Numbered from the stretch's first letter, positions 27,495 through 41,249 are shown. The stretch: 64,000 bases of DNA from Eledone cirrhosa (GCA_964016885.1 OZ024760.1:2666001-2730000); one strand, 5' to 3'. Made by a program: numbers and translations. The notes: generated by a model not told the origin, from the sequence alone.

Positions 27495-27785
27495 TAGGAC
27501 AAGTCTTATTTTAATTATTCTGTCGTTGACTCTGTTTATGTTGATTACCTTATCTACCCATTTTTCTGCTAACATAATTCTTACTCCACCCAGCCCATTT
27601 TCATTTCCCACCCAGAAAAGTTTATAACATCGTTTTTTACCCACAATGAATCTAGCAGACCCACCCCTCCACCTAGTCTCTTGGACGCAACAAGCATCAA
27701 CTTCCTTACGTTCAAGCATCTCTACAACCTCGTTAGAGTGACCTTTTAAAGTGGCTACATTCATGGTACCAACTCTGAAGTTTTG
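27495..27785 (-). pseudogene. RTE LINE endonuclease N-terminal fragment
   Basis: FRVGTMNVATLKG...VDACCVQETRWRGGSARFIVGK..YKLFWVG...GLGGV..LAEKW aligns with residues about 6-100 of the 60128 ORF. Confidence 0.9.
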
Positions 27786-27904
27786 GATTTTTATATATAT
27801 GTATGTATGGTCCCGCAACTCCTGATAGAGTTTTATATATATATATATATATATATATGGAGAAAAAATTTACGAAATGGAAATGCGGGTATATAGAATT
27901 TATT

Positions 27905-28021
27905 AGGTAACAATTGTTTCTATAGTGTATGAGTTACCTATACCTCGCTACTTGAATAATACACAAATATTATCAAAAACCGAAAGTACACTGTAAGCCA
28001 ACACACCATGTCATCAGACCT
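27905..28021 (-). ncRNA. type I hammerhead ribozyme with long stem II
   Basis: Minus strand AGGT-CTGATGA-...-GAAA-C-AATT-G-TT-ACCT-AATAAA; palindromic loop AATT; lies between two (TA)n tracts. Confidence 0.7.
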
Positions 28022-28028
28022 TTGTATA

Positions 28029-28067
<39 letters not shown>

Positions 28068-28246
28068 GAGAGGTATAGAGATTGTTTTAACGAGAAGCTA
28101 ACAGCATTCTATAACATATATGTGACTATAACGTCAAGATGGGAAAAGTAGTTAACGTAGGATTTAGGAAAAATAATTCAAACTCATCTCAAAAGAGAAT
28201 CAGGATATAAATTCATCCACAGAATTATATATATATATTTATAGAT

Positions 28247-28599
28247 GGAGGCACATGGCTTAGTGGTTAGAGCATTGGCCTTGCAATCGAAAGGTTATGA
28301 GTTCAATTCTCAGACCGGGTGATGTGTTGTTTCCTTGAGCAAGACACTTTATTTCACATTGCTCCAGTTTACTCAGCTGTAGAAATGAGATGATAGGGGC
28401 AGGGGTCCCTATCATTCCACTGTAGAGTGGTCGTGGAGGTGTCACGGCAAAAAAGCACCCAGCACTCACTGTAAATGAGGTTGGTGTTAGGAAGGGCATC
28501 CAGCTGTAGAAATCAAGCCAGAATCAGTTCCCGTCCCACCCTTGCAAGCAGGGAAAAGCGGACGTAAAATGAAATGAAATGAAATGAAATGAAAATGAA
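28247..28599 (+). mobile_element. group B SINE, full-length
   Basis: Same structure as 9581-9932; 28530-28572 identical to LINE 63159-63201. Confidence 0.92.
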
Positions 28600-28601
28600 T
28601 A

Positions 28602-28955
28602 GAGGCAACGAATTGGCAGAGTCGTTAGAACGTCAGATAGAATACTTTATGGCATTTGTTCCGGCTTTCTGCTCTCAAAGTTCAAATCCTGCTGAGGTCA
28701 ACTTTGCCTTTCATCCTTTCAAGGTCAACATAAAAAAAGTACCAGTCTAGTACTGGGGTCGATTCTTCCACTATATATCTTTCTCATCTCCTCTCTCTCG
28801 CTTTCTATCTTTCTCTGGAAGAAATCTGCTGTACTCTGGCCCCTGGAGAGGGATGGGCTCTGCCAGGCTTAAAAATACCCAAGAAACGCTGTATGTCAAT
28901 ATGGCGCCCCTAGGACTCTATCAGGAGTTGCGGGACCATACATACATACATACAT
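28602..28955 (+). mobile_element. group A-core SINE with alternative tail
   Basis: Group A head and core, tail ending GGACTCTATCAGGAGTTGCGGGACCA(TACA)n. Confidence 0.8.
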
Positions 28956-29264
28956 ATATATATTATATTATATTTTGAGAATAAACTCTCAGTCGTTTAC
29001 AATAATTAAGCTCCAGGAAGGGGCTCTTCCGAGCAGTTAAATACATTTAGAATATATGATAAACACGAAATGTGTTTATATTGCAACAGACAAAGTTAGC
29101 TATTAATGAAATAAACTAATTAATTTAACTAATTAAAAAATTACATATGTATATATATACATATATATTAGAGTATTATTGAATATTGAACTGTATTTAT
29201 TTAGTGCAGGTGATTTATCATAATCATTGTCATCATTATCGGCAATAACATTATTAACCTCATC

Positions 29265-29925
<661 letters not shown>

Positions 29926-30044
29926 TTTTATCCCCTTTTCCTCTGCTGGCAGTCGGAGACTGGATAGGTTAGGGAACCATATCTTCCTCATACTTTCCAT
30001 ATTTGGCATGGTTTCTACAGCTGCATACCCTTCCTAACACTAAA

Positions 30045-30600
30045 CACCTTACAGAGTGTACAGGGTGCAGTTTATCTTGGTGTGAGCACTAGCACTTTAC
30101 AGAGTGCACTGGGTGCTGTTTATTATAACACAAGCATTAGCACTTTACAGAGTGTACTTGGTGCAGTTTATCATGACACAAGCATTAGTACTTTACAGAG
30201 TGTACTGGGTGCTGTTTATTATAACACAAGCATTAGCACTTTACAGAGTGCACTGGGTGCAGTTTATCATGACACAAGCATTAGCACTTTACAGAGTGCA
30301 CTGGGTGCTGTTTATTATAACACAAGCATTAGCACTTTACAGAGTGCACTAGGTACTGTTCATTATAACACAAGCATTAGCACTTTACAGAGTGTACTGG
30401 GTGCTGTTTATTATAACACAAGCATTAGCACTTTACAGAGTGTACTTGGTGTAATTTATCATGACACATGCATTAGCATTTTACAGAGTGCACTAGGTAC
30501 TGTTCATTATAACACAAGCATTACCACTTTACAGAGTGCACTGGGTGCGGTTCATTATAACACAAGCATTAGAACTTTACAGAATGTACTAGCAGACACC
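30045..30600. repeat. 48-bp minisatellite, about 11 copies, grown from an RTE/SINE-type element
   Basis: Unit CACTTTACAGAGTGTACTGGGTGCTGTTTATTATAACACAAGCATTAG, continuing from TTTCTACAGCTGCATACCCTTCCTAACAC at about 30012. Confidence 0.9.
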
Positions 30601-30774
30601 AGCACTAATATATCTCTCAATATACCTTTGTATGTGTGTGAGAGTGGATAGATCGATAAATAGATCAACAGACCTACAGGATAAAGTAGGTAGTGTTGGG
30701 GGATAAGGAGGTCAAGACCAGGTATGCAGATACTATTGCATCTAAATTTAGAGAACTCCTTGAGAAAACTGAGG

Positions 30775-31278
30775 ATGTTTAGAAATGTGAGAGAAATGCT
30801 GACCTTGGATGAAGTGAGGGAGAAACTGGGCTTAAGAACAATCTGAAGTGGTGTGTAGGAGAAAAGACTGCATTGGTACAGTCATGTGATGTGCATGGAT
30901 AATGATCACTGGGTGAAGAAGTGCTCGAAAATCTCAGTGGATGGAAGCCGCAGTAGAGCAAGACCAAACAAGTGCCAGAAAATCACGGTGGATGGAAGCT
31001 GCAGTAGAGGAAGACCAAGGAAGTGCCAGAAAATCACGGTGGATGGAAGCTGCAGTAGAGGAAGACCAAACAAGTGCCAGAAAATTACAGTGGATGGAAG
31101 CCGCAGTAGAGGAAGACCAAGCAAGATATGGGCGGAGGTGGTGAGAGCTGATGTCAAATCACTGAGACTCACAGAGGAGATAACAAAGGAATGAAATGAG
31201 TAGAGAGATGCTGTACTGAAACGGACCCGTTTAACTCATACAAGCATGGAAAAGCAGGCATAAAAACAATGATGATGG
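30775..31278 (+). mobile_element. RTE LINE 3' fragment with an internal 51-bp unit repeated four times
   Basis: HVMCMDNDHWVKKC...(KCQKITVDGSCSRGRP)x4...WAEVVRADVKSLRLT matches the C-terminus of the intact ORF; RTE tail with TGA repeats. Confidence 0.88.
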
Positions 31279-31824
31279 TACACACACAGACACACACACA
31301 GACACACACTCTCTCCTTCTCTCTCTCACACACACGTGTGTATAGCTATGTCAGTCTATGTAAGCACATATTTGTTGGGTCATTATGATGGATAGTTCAT
31401 CATGTTTGCTATTCCATATAGAATTTCCATATCACACCAAATCTACAGAATCTGCAAGTACCATTAATAAAGAATATGATAATGTATAGCGCCATGTGTC
31501 AATTCACAGCTGTTGGTATTGATACATAGTGTGAATAATGGCACCAATATACAGAAACCATTGATTACAGAAAGTGCTGAAGAGGAATCTGAATCTAAGA
31601 AACCTTACATAGCTGGCTTTATAACACAATTCCATCTTCTTTCTTCAATAATATCAATCTTTAATGTAGATTTGCACACACACACATACTGCCTGATACT
31701 GCCTCTGGTTCTATCACACAAAACTGTTTATCTTAAAGAGATTATATCTATTTACAAACCAGCTTCAGTTATAACTATGTAAGAAATTTTTGTTATGTTC
31801 TAAACACTATCTTAACTGCTTCAT

Positions 31825-32045
31825 CCCTTTAGCATTTACATTACTCTATATTTACTATTGTATTTTTGTTGTAAAGGCTTTACCTCATATGATTATCTCA
31901 CATAATATCAAATCTATGAGACTTTGATATTATTTATTTTGAGAACAATACTTTAACGTAAACATGAGCAGCCAGTTACAGCCGGTTTGAACAGAAAGAG
32001 GTGAGGGGATTCTGGCCGGATATGGCTGGTTCAAATGCTAAAGGG
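31825..32045 (+). mobile_element. piggyBac-type MITE, about 220 bp
   Basis: TIRs CCCTTTAGCATTT / AAATGCTAAAGGG with TTAA on the right; further copies at 32765-33085 (-), 41250-41443, 44192-44598 and a stub at 45763-45790. Confidence 0.85.
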
Positions 32046-32276
32046 TTAATACCAAACTATCTGATACTACCCCTGGGACTATAACACAAAACTGTTTATT
32101 TTAAAGTGATTATATCTATTTACAAACCAGCTTCAGTTATAACTGTATGTAAGAAACCTTTGTTAAGCTATGATCTAAATGCTGTCTTAATCCTTTTAAT
32201 ACCAAACTGCCTGATACTGCCTCTGTTGCTAACATACAAAACTGTTTATTTTAAAGTGATTATATCTATTTACAGT

Positions 32277-32571
32277 GAAGGCACATGGCTTAGTGGTTAG
32301 AGCATCAGGCTTACAATCCTGAGGTTGTGAGTTCAATTCTCAGACCGGGCTTTGTGTTGTGTTCTTGAGCAAAACACTTTATTTCACGTTGCTCCAGTTC
32401 ACTCAGCGATAGAAATGAGTTTACCCAGCTATGGGTTAAAAAGCCTCACCAACCCGCAATTGGCCAAGCATGATGAGTACAGCTACACTCCTGACATGAC
32501 CAAAAACAAAACAGAAAATGGTGGCGGCCAGTCAGGGAGGGATTCCTTCGGTGAAAAGGCCCTGGATTGTG
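32277..32571 (+). mobile_element. group B-head SINE with a third tail type, with TSD
   Basis: Group B head and core, unrelated 3' part; TATCTATTTACA repeated on both sides. Confidence 0.75.
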
Positions 32572-32764
32572 TATCTATTTACAAACCAGCTTCAGTTATA
32601 TGTGAGAAACTTTAATTAAGCTATGTTCTAAATAATATCTTAATCCTTTTAATACCAAACTGCCTGAAACAGCCCTTGGTTCTGTGATACAAAACTGTTT
32701 ATTTTAAAGTGATTATATCTATTTACAAACTACCTTCCATCATAATTATAAGTAAGAACCTTTG

Positions 32765-33085
32765 TTTAAACTGGCCGTATCCAGCCAGAATTCGCTCACC
32801 ACTTTCTGTTCAAGTTAAATATATATTTTCATATATATTTCTTTTTCTATAAAATTAAGTAATAGATGAATATCAGATTCGATGGCTCTTTAATTGGTGT
32901 ATTGTCATTACTTTCTGTACAAACTGGCTGTAACCAGCTGCTCATACTGATATTAAGGTATTGTTCTCAAAATAAATAACATCAAAATCTCATAGATTCA
33001 ATAATGTGTGAGATAATTATGTGAGGTAAAACCTTTACAGTGAAAATATAATAGTAAATATAGAGTAATGTAAATACTAAAGGGT
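32765..33085 (-). mobile_element. piggyBac-type MITE copy with an insertion
   Basis: Reverse complement of 31825-32045, ending AAATACTAAAGGG-TTAA. Confidence 0.75.
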
Positions 33086-33711
33086 TAAGCTCTGTTCCAA
33101 ACACTATCTTAACACTTTTTATACCAAACTTATCTGAAACTGCCCTTGGTATTATTATACAAAACTGTTTGTTTTTAAGTGATTATATCTATCTACAAAC
33201 CACCTTCCATCATATTTTTATGTAAGAATCTTTTAAGTTATGTTCTAAACACCATCTTAACCTATTTGATATCAAACTGCATGAAACCACACCTGGTTCT
33301 GGGATACAAAACTGTTTGTTATAAAGTGTTTATATCTATCTAAAAACTGCCTCCATCATAATTTTATGTAAGAACTTTTAACTCTATTCTTACCAACCTT
33401 GTTAAAATTGGCTCTGGTTCTATGAAATAAAACAACATATTTTAAAGGTTTCCAATTTAAATTTAAATCTTCCAACATAATTTTATATAAGAACCATTTG
33501 TTAAGTTACCATCTTCTGTTTCTGGTTAGATTTCTACAGCTGGATACCCTTCCTAATGCCAACCACATTTACATTGTGTGCTGGGTGCTTTTTGTCATAA
33601 CTCCTACATGACCACATTGCTGTGTGAGCTGTGTGCTTTTTGTTGTGACTCCTATACAATCACTTTACAGTGTGGGCTGTGTGCTTTTTGTTGTGACTCC
33701 TATATGACCAC

Positions 33712-34140
33712 TTTACATATAAACTAAAAATATTGCCCAAAATATAGCTAAAATTAACAATAGAAATCTTGGAATTAAACATAGGGAAATAACTCACAAT
33801 ATTAATCATAGAATCACTAATGGAATTAACATCACAAATAACAATCATAATTCAATTAACATAGACGAGGGAAATCTACCGACTTATGAACACAGAGTGG
33901 GAAATTTAAATAGTAATGTAAATAATTGTAATTGTAAAAACTGTAATCTTTGCCCACTTAATAATAATTGTCTTGACTGTAATTTAGTTTATAAATGCAT
34001 AGTTAAAATGAATGATAAGTCTTATAGTTATATTGATGCTACTTCTAAATTTAAAGAAAGGTGGTATAACCATCGTTTAAAACAAAAGATAAAAGATTTA
34101 GCACAGCCCCCTCAGAATTGATTTGGTCACTTAAAAATAA
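33712..34140 (+). pseudogene. Penelope-like element GIY-YIG endonuclease fragment
   Basis: CNCKNCNLCPLNNNCLDCNLVYKCIV...SYIDATSKFKERWYNH then, frameshifted, SELIWSLKNNN; fits the Penelope pattern CNC..CPL...CL...VY...V...YIG.T..FK.R..NH...LS..IW.LK. Confidence 0.8.
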
Positions 34141-34325
34141 TAATTGTTTCTACTTTAGGCACAAGGCCAGCAATTATCCAGTACATTACTGGTACTTTAT
34201 TTTATCGACCCCGTAAGGATGAAAGGCAAAGTTAACCTCGGCGGGATTTGAACTCAGACTGCAAAGGGACGTAACTATGTTGGAAAGCATGGCGTCCAAC
34301 TCTCTACCGATACTGCCAATCCACT
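34140..34325 (-). mobile_element. group A SINE
   Basis: Reverse complement of 812-996; abuts the Penelope fragment. Confidence 0.9.
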
Positions 34326-34769
34326 GACAACCTAACCAGTTTTAAATTATCAAAGCAAATTGTTAAATATTTTCTTTCCACTCTCATAATATCTACTAAA
34401 TTAAATTGTATACATAAACTATGATAAATTGTCTACGAAATTAATAATTTATAATTTTTTCTTTATTATATAGTTACATTATTAATTTGCATCTTTGAAT
34501 ATATATTTGTATATTATCTAATTTAATCTAACTTAAGTTATAAATAAATAGACTAATGGTCAATATTTGATTTTTTTTTTTTTTTTTTTTTACCAATCCA
34601 AAGTCATCATACTCTCACCAGTTCGAAAACGTTAATACCTACTGTAATATTTCTCCCACTCAAATAATACCTTGTGTTGAGGTTTTTCTATCTCATATGC
34701 TTGTTGGCTACAGATCTGAACAGCTCGTCTGACCGTCTGCATATCAAATGACTTCTACATCTCCAGTGA

Positions 34770-34844
34770 ATTTTGTCTGAAGAGAACATGTTTTGACTTA
34801 GGTTATACATAGGCCTTGCATCTTCGAAATACGTATAATAAAAT
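34770..34844 (+). ncRNA. minimal type I hammerhead ribozyme
   Basis: ATTTTGT-CTGAAGA-GAACATG...CATCTTC-GAAA-T-ACGT-A-TA-ATAAAAT; palindromic loop ACGT; downstream of the GIY-YIG fragment on the same strand. Confidence 0.72.
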
Positions 34845-34897
34845 AAATAGGGATAGTCTAATGTAACTGTCTTTCGTTTATTATTATTATATTAAAA

Positions 34898-35078
34898 GGT
34901 GGATTGGCAGTATCGGTAGAGGGTCGGACGCTATGCTTTCCAGCATAGTTACGTCCTTTTACGGTCTGAGTTCAAATCCCGCCGAGGTTGACTTTGCCTT
35001 CATCCTTACGGGGTCGATAAAATAAAGTACCAGTAATGCACTGGGTAATTTGCTGGCCTTGTGCCTAAAGTAGAAACA
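34898..35078 (+). mobile_element. group A SINE with 18-bp TSD
   Basis: ATTATTATTATATTAAAA at 34880-34897 and 35079-35096. Confidence 0.9.
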
Positions 35079-35406
35079 ATTATTATTATATTAAAACTCC
35101 AGTTAAACATTTACCATTGAGTGCTTGCAATATGTTATGGATGAAAGCGAAGGGGTCACAAACATTAAAAAATGCACGCCAGATCTCAACCTCTAACAAT
35201 TTCGATGAATTAAGCATATATTAATGTTTGTGACTTGTTCGCTTTCATCCATTCTTTTTCTAACCCATACTAGCATGGAAGAATGGACATAAAACAGTGA
35301 TGATGATGATGATATATATATATACATACACATATATGTGTGCTGGTCAGCAATGTAAACACCACGAGAAACCAGTAACGTATCAATTGATAGGAAAATA
35401 CATCTT

Positions 35407-35490
35407 ACACTATCTGATGAAAAGATGCCAGGGGGTTATTATATAACCCCTCCGACATCTTTGAAATACGAATTATGTAATAAAATGAAG
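35407..35490 (+). ncRNA. hammerhead-like motif, partly decayed
   Basis: CTGATGA-AAAGATG..AGGGGGTTAT/ATAACCCCT..CATCTTT-GAAA with a strong stem II; stems I and III are imperfect. Confidence 0.5.
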
Positions 35491-35513
35491 ATGTACTAAT
35501 AAAACCATCTCTC

Positions 35514-35564
<51 letters not shown>

Positions 35565-35567
<3 letters not shown>

Positions 35568-35856
35568 TGAAATTTCCGTTGAAAACAGAAAAGGTCATAG
35601 AAGTGAAGAGTGCTCTATGTAAGTACCAGAGCAAAATTTAATGTATAAAAATCAATACAATATAATTACCTCATTACCAGAGGTTTCCCGAATGAGGCGA
35701 ATACAAAAGAAACGTCTTCATTCGTTCGTCAGACAAGGCAATATAAAACATTTTATATTGCCTTGTCTGACGAACGAATGAAGACGTTTCTTTCATATTC
35801 GCCTCATTCGGGAAACCTCTGGTAATGAGGTAATTATATTGTATTGATTTTTATAC

Positions 35857-35860
<4 letters not shown>
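35565..35860 (-). mobile_element. Penelope-like terminal remnant with about 110-bp fold-back palindrome
   Basis: Arms about 35639-35748 and 35752-35860; hammerhead in each arm; (TA)n on both sides. Confidence 0.75.
35761..35830 (+). ncRNA. type I hammerhead ribozyme
   Basis: CCTTGT-CTGACGA-ACGAATGA...TCATTCGG-GAAA-CC-TCT-GG-TA-ATGAGG; mirrored copy on the minus strand at 35669-35738. Confidence 0.72.
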
Positions 35861-35905
<45 letters not shown>

Positions 35906-36232
35906 GCACCACTCCACATAAATTCCTCAATTTAAGAATGACCTGTAGTATCTATTTCATACTATTAACCTTAATTGAATATATATCTGACCAGGAATGC
36001 TTTTTGTGAAAATCAGTCATATGGAACATCTTGCCTGACGGTTTGAACTTTACAACACCACCTGCCTCATTCAGGTCAAATACCAACCCTACTACCATCT
36101 ACAAACTGACCAATGAGAATCAAGACTATTCCTGCTGACAACATTAAATTATTCCTAACAAGCTCATATGTCCCAAGGCTCTGAAACCATCAACACTATA
36201 AACACAGAGCTGGCATATCTAAGAACTGACTA

Positions 36233-36288
36233 ACTGCCTGATGAGGTCATAGCCATTCAATGGCTATCATCGAAATATATATAGCAGT
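36233..36288 (+). ncRNA. minimal type I hammerhead ribozyme, best-formed copy
   Basis: ACTGC-CTGATGA-GGTC-ATAGCCAT-TCA-ATGGCTAT-CATC-GAAA-T-ATAT-A-TA-GCAGT; perfect stem I ACTGC/GCAGT, palindromic loop ATAT. Confidence 0.8.
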
Positions 36289-36671
36289 ACATAAAGGATT
36301 ATGAGTTCATGCAATTAACTTATGTTTCGTCACTATATATATTAATAAGTATAGAGGATGATTTGCTCAAGCGCATGGCTGATGGCAACTCCCTTTTCCA
36401 TCTTTTAAGGGTCTTCACTCTATTTTATGAGCTATCATCCTTTATACCTAAATGATAATTTTATACTAAAACTTAATAATCACAAAACTAGTTATTATAC
36501 TAAGTACCTCCACATTTTTGATTAGCATCAAAAGGATTTGAAATTCATAGGAGACTGTTCTACAGTATTTTTCATTAGAAATATGGCAATGAAAGGGTTA
36601 ACAACTTAGGAAGAGTCTTTTATGAGAAATATGGTGATAAAAAGGTTAATGGATAGTGAGCTGTTTCATCA

Positions 36672-37142
36672 TACTACTACTACTACTACCACAACTACTA
36701 CTATTATTACTACTATTACTACAATTACTATTATTACTACTACTACTACTACAACTACTATTACCACTACTACACTTACTGCTGCTACTACTACTACTAC
36801 CACCACCACAACTAATCCACCATCACCACAACTACCACCACCAACACAACTACCACCACCATCCCCACAGCTACCACCACCACCACAACTACCACCACCA
36901 CAACTAAACCCCCCCCCCCCCACACACACACACACACACCACCACCACAACTACCACCACCACCACCACTTCCATCACCACCATCACAACTACCACCATC
37001 ACCAGTACCACCACCACCACCACCACCATAACCCCCACCCCAACTACCACCGCCACCACCCCTTCCATCACAACCACCACCACCACCACCACCACCACAA
37101 CCACCACCACACCTACCCAACTACCCCCCAACCACCACCATC
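36672..37142. repeat. (TAC)n/(CAC)n compound microsatellite
   Basis: Directly visible. Confidence 0.9.
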
Positions 37143-37709
37143 ACTACATCGTAAGCATGTTTAAATTTGAATTATAAAAAAAATCTGGGATCAATACCTA
37201 TAAAGTACATTGATTGATTATTCTATTTTATTTTATTTTATTTTATATTTTAGTATTATAAAAAAATGAATTCCCATTAGTGAATTCATGAAGGTTCAAA
37301 ATACTTTAAACTAAATTGAATTTAAAAGCTTTCTGTGTCTCATTTTAGTTTTAGTTCATGTTTTTAATTTTCAAATAAATATTGACTTTTAAGAATGATA
37401 CTGCTGCTGTTGTTGTTGTTGTTGTTGTTGCTGCTGCTGCTGCTGTTGTTGTTGTTGTTGTTGTTGTTGCTGCTGCTTCTGCTGCTGCTGCTGTTGTTGT
37501 TGTTTGAATCATTTACCTGTCATGTGATCTTTTTCTTTCCCCCAATCCCCACACAAACACATTTACTCAACTCCCTTCTTATTTTAAGGTCTTGAGAACA
37601 GTCAATTTCTTAGACACACAGACAGAGCAAGATACACAGACAGACAGAGAGATATATAGACAGAGGAACAGAGATAGATAGACAGACAGTGACAGTCAGT
37701 GACAGACTC

Positions 37710-40700
37710 TGACAGACAGATTTATAGAGATAGACAGACAGGGACAGACAGATTTATAGAGATACACAGATAGTGACAGACAGATTTATAGAGATACACA
37801 GACAGGGACAGACAGATTTATAGAGATAGACAGACAGGGACAGACAGATTTATAGAGATACAGAGATAGTGACAGACAGATTTATAGAGATACACAGACA
37901 GGGACAGACAGATTTATAGAGATAGACAGACAGGGACAGACAGATTTATAGAGATACAGAGATAGTGACAGACAGATTTATAGAGATACACAGATAGTGA
38001 CAGACAGATTTATAGAGATACAGAGATAGTGACAGACAGATTTATAGAGATACACAGATAGTGACAGACAGATTTATAGAGATAGACAGACAGGGACAGA
38101 CAGATTTATAGAGATACACAGACAGGGACAGACAGATTTATAGAGATAGACAGACAGGGACAGACAGATTTATAGAGATACAGAGATAGTGACAGACAGA
38201 TATATAGAGATACACAGATAGTGACAGACAGATTTATAGAGATACAGAGACAGGGACAGACAGATTTATAGAGATACACAGACAGGGACAGACAGATTTA
38301 TAGAGATAGACAGACAGGGACAGACAGATTTATAGAGATACAGAGATAGTGACAGACAGATTTATAGAGATACACAGATAGTGACAGACAGATTTATAGA
38401 GATACAGAGACAGGGACAGACAGATTTATAGAGATACACAGACAGGGACAGACAGATTTATAGAGATAGACAGACAGGGACAGACAGATTTATAGAGATA
38501 CACAGATAGTGACAGACAGATTTATAGAGATACAGAGACAGGGACAGACAGATTTATAGAGATACACAGACAGGGACAGACAGATTTATAGAGATAGACA
38601 GACAGGGACAGACAGATTTATAGAGATACACAGATAGTGACAGACAGATTTATAGAGATACAGAGACAGGGACAGACAGATTTATAGAGATACACAGACA
38701 GGGACAGACAGATTTATAGAGATAGACAGACAGGGACAGACAGATTTATAGAGATACAGAGATAGTGACAGACAGATTTATAGAGATACACAGACAGGGA
38801 CAGACAGATTTATAGAGATAGACAGACAGGGACAGACAGATTTATAGAGATACAGAGATAGTGACAGACAGATTTATAGAGATACACAGATAGTGACAGA
38901 CAGATTTATAGAGATACAGAGATAGTGAGAGACAGATTTATAGAGATACACAGATAGTGACAGACAGATTTATAGAGATAGACAGACAGGGACAGACAGA
39001 TTTATAGAGATACACAGACAGGGACAGACAGATTTATAGAGATAGACAGACAGGGACAGACAGATTTATAGAGATACAGAGATAGTGACAGACAGATTTA
39101 TAGAGATACACAGATAGTGACAGACAGATTTATAGAGATACAGAGACAGGGACAGACAGATTTATAGAGATAGACAGACAGGGACAGACAGATTTATAGA
39201 GATAGACAGACAGGGACAGACAGATTTATAGAGATACACAGATAGTGACAGACAGATTTATAGAGATACAGAGACAGGGACAGACAGATTTATAGAGATA
39301 CACAGACAGGGACAGACAGATTTATAGAGATAGACAGACAGGGACAGACAGATTTATAGAGATACACAGATAGTGACAGACAGATTTATAGAGATACAGA
39401 GACAGGGACAGACAGATTTATAGAGATACACAGACAGGGACAGACAGATTTATAGAGATAGACAGACAGGGACAGACAGATTTATAGAGATACACAGACA
39501 GGGACAGACAGATTTATAGAGATACAGAGACAGGGACAGACAGATTTATAGAGATTCAGAGACAGGGACAGACAGATTTATAGAGATACACAGATAGGGA
39601 CAGACAGATTTATAGAGATACAGAGACAGGGACAGACAGATTTATAGAGATTCAGAGACAGGGACAGACAGATTTATAGAGATACACAGATAGAGACAGA
39701 CAGATTTATAGAGATACACAGACAGGGACAGACAGATTTATAGAGATTCAGAGACAGGGACAGACAGATTTATAGAGATACACAGACAGGGACAGACAGA
39801 TTTATAGAGATACAGAGATAGGGACAGACAGATTTATAGAGATTCAGAGACAGGGACAGACAGATTTATAGAGATACACAGACAGGGACAGACAGATTTA
39901 TAGAGATACACAGATAGGGACAGACAGATTTATAGAGATACACAGACAGGGACAGACAGATTTATAGAGATACACAGACAGGGACAGACAGATTTATAGA
40001 GATACAGAGACAGGGACAGACAGATTTATAGAGATACAGAGACATGGACAGACAAATTTATAGAGATACAGAGACAGGGACAGACAGAATTATAGAGATA
40101 CACAGACAGGGACAGACAGATTTATAGAGATACACAGACAGGGACAGACAGATTTATAGAGATACACAGATAGTGACAGACAGATTTATAGAGATACAGA
40201 GACAGGGACAGACAGATTTATAGTGATACACAGACAGGGACAGACAGATTTATGAAGATACACAGACAGGGACAGACAGATTTATAGAGATACAGAGACA
40301 GGGACAGACAGATTTATAGAGATACACAGACAGGGACAGACAGATTTATAGAGATACACAGACAGGGACAGACAGATTTATAGAGATACAGAGACAGTGA
40401 CAGACAGATTTATAGAGATACACAGACAGTGACAGACAGATTTATAGAGATACAGAGACAGGGACAGACAGATTTATAGAGATACAGAGACAGGGTCAGA
40501 CAGATTTATAGAGATACAGAGACAGGGACAGACAGATTTATAGAGATACACAGACAGGGACAGACAGATTTATAGAGATACACAGACAGGGACAGACAGT
40601 GACAGACTCATTTATAGAGATACAGAGACAGGGACAGACAGATTTATAGAGATGCACAGACAGGGACAGACAGATTTATAGAGATACAGAGACAGGGACA

Positions 40701-41100
40701 GACAGATTTATAGAGATACAGAGACAGGGACAAACAGTGACAGACTCATTTATAGAGATACAGAGACAGGGACAGACAGATTTATAGAGATGCACAGACA
40801 GGGACAGACAGATTTATAGAGATACAGAGACAGGGACAAACAGTGACAGACTCATTTATAGAGATACAGAGACAGGGACAGACAGATTTATAGAGATACA
40901 CAGACAGTGACAGACTCATTTATAGAGATACAGAGACAGGGACAGACAGATTTATAGAGATGCACAGACAGGGACAGACAGATTTATAGAGTTACACAGA
41001 CAGGGACAGACAGATATATAGAGATACAGAGACAGACAGATTTATAGAGATACAGAGACAGGGACAGACAGTGACAGACATATTTATAGAGATACAGAGA
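37710..41100. repeat. 32-bp tandem satellite, about 103 copies, within GACA-rich sequence
   Basis: Unit GACAGACAGATTTATAGAGATACACAGACAGG, flanked by degenerate (GACA/GATA)n. Confidence 0.97.
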
Positions 41101-41249
41101 CAGTGACAAGCAGTGACAGATAGACAGACAGACAGAGGTACAGAGATAGACAGACAGATAGACAGAGGTACAGAGATAGACAGACAGACAGTGACAGGCA
41201 GATAGACAGATAGACAGACAGATAGACAGAGGTACAGAGACAGGCAGAC

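Larger units (their letters stand above)
31690..33510. repeat. degenerate tandem array of about 130-140-bp AT-rich units
   Basis: ATACCAAACT..CTGA.AC.GCC...ACAAAACTGTTT.TTTTAAAGTGATTATATCTAT recurs about 7 times, interrupted by two MITEs and a SINE. Confidence 0.75.

Noticed and set aside
31370-31782. Coding exon in unique-looking sequence
   Set aside because: Short frames with stops on the minus strand, and the plus ORF runs into a repeat; no recognisable protein.
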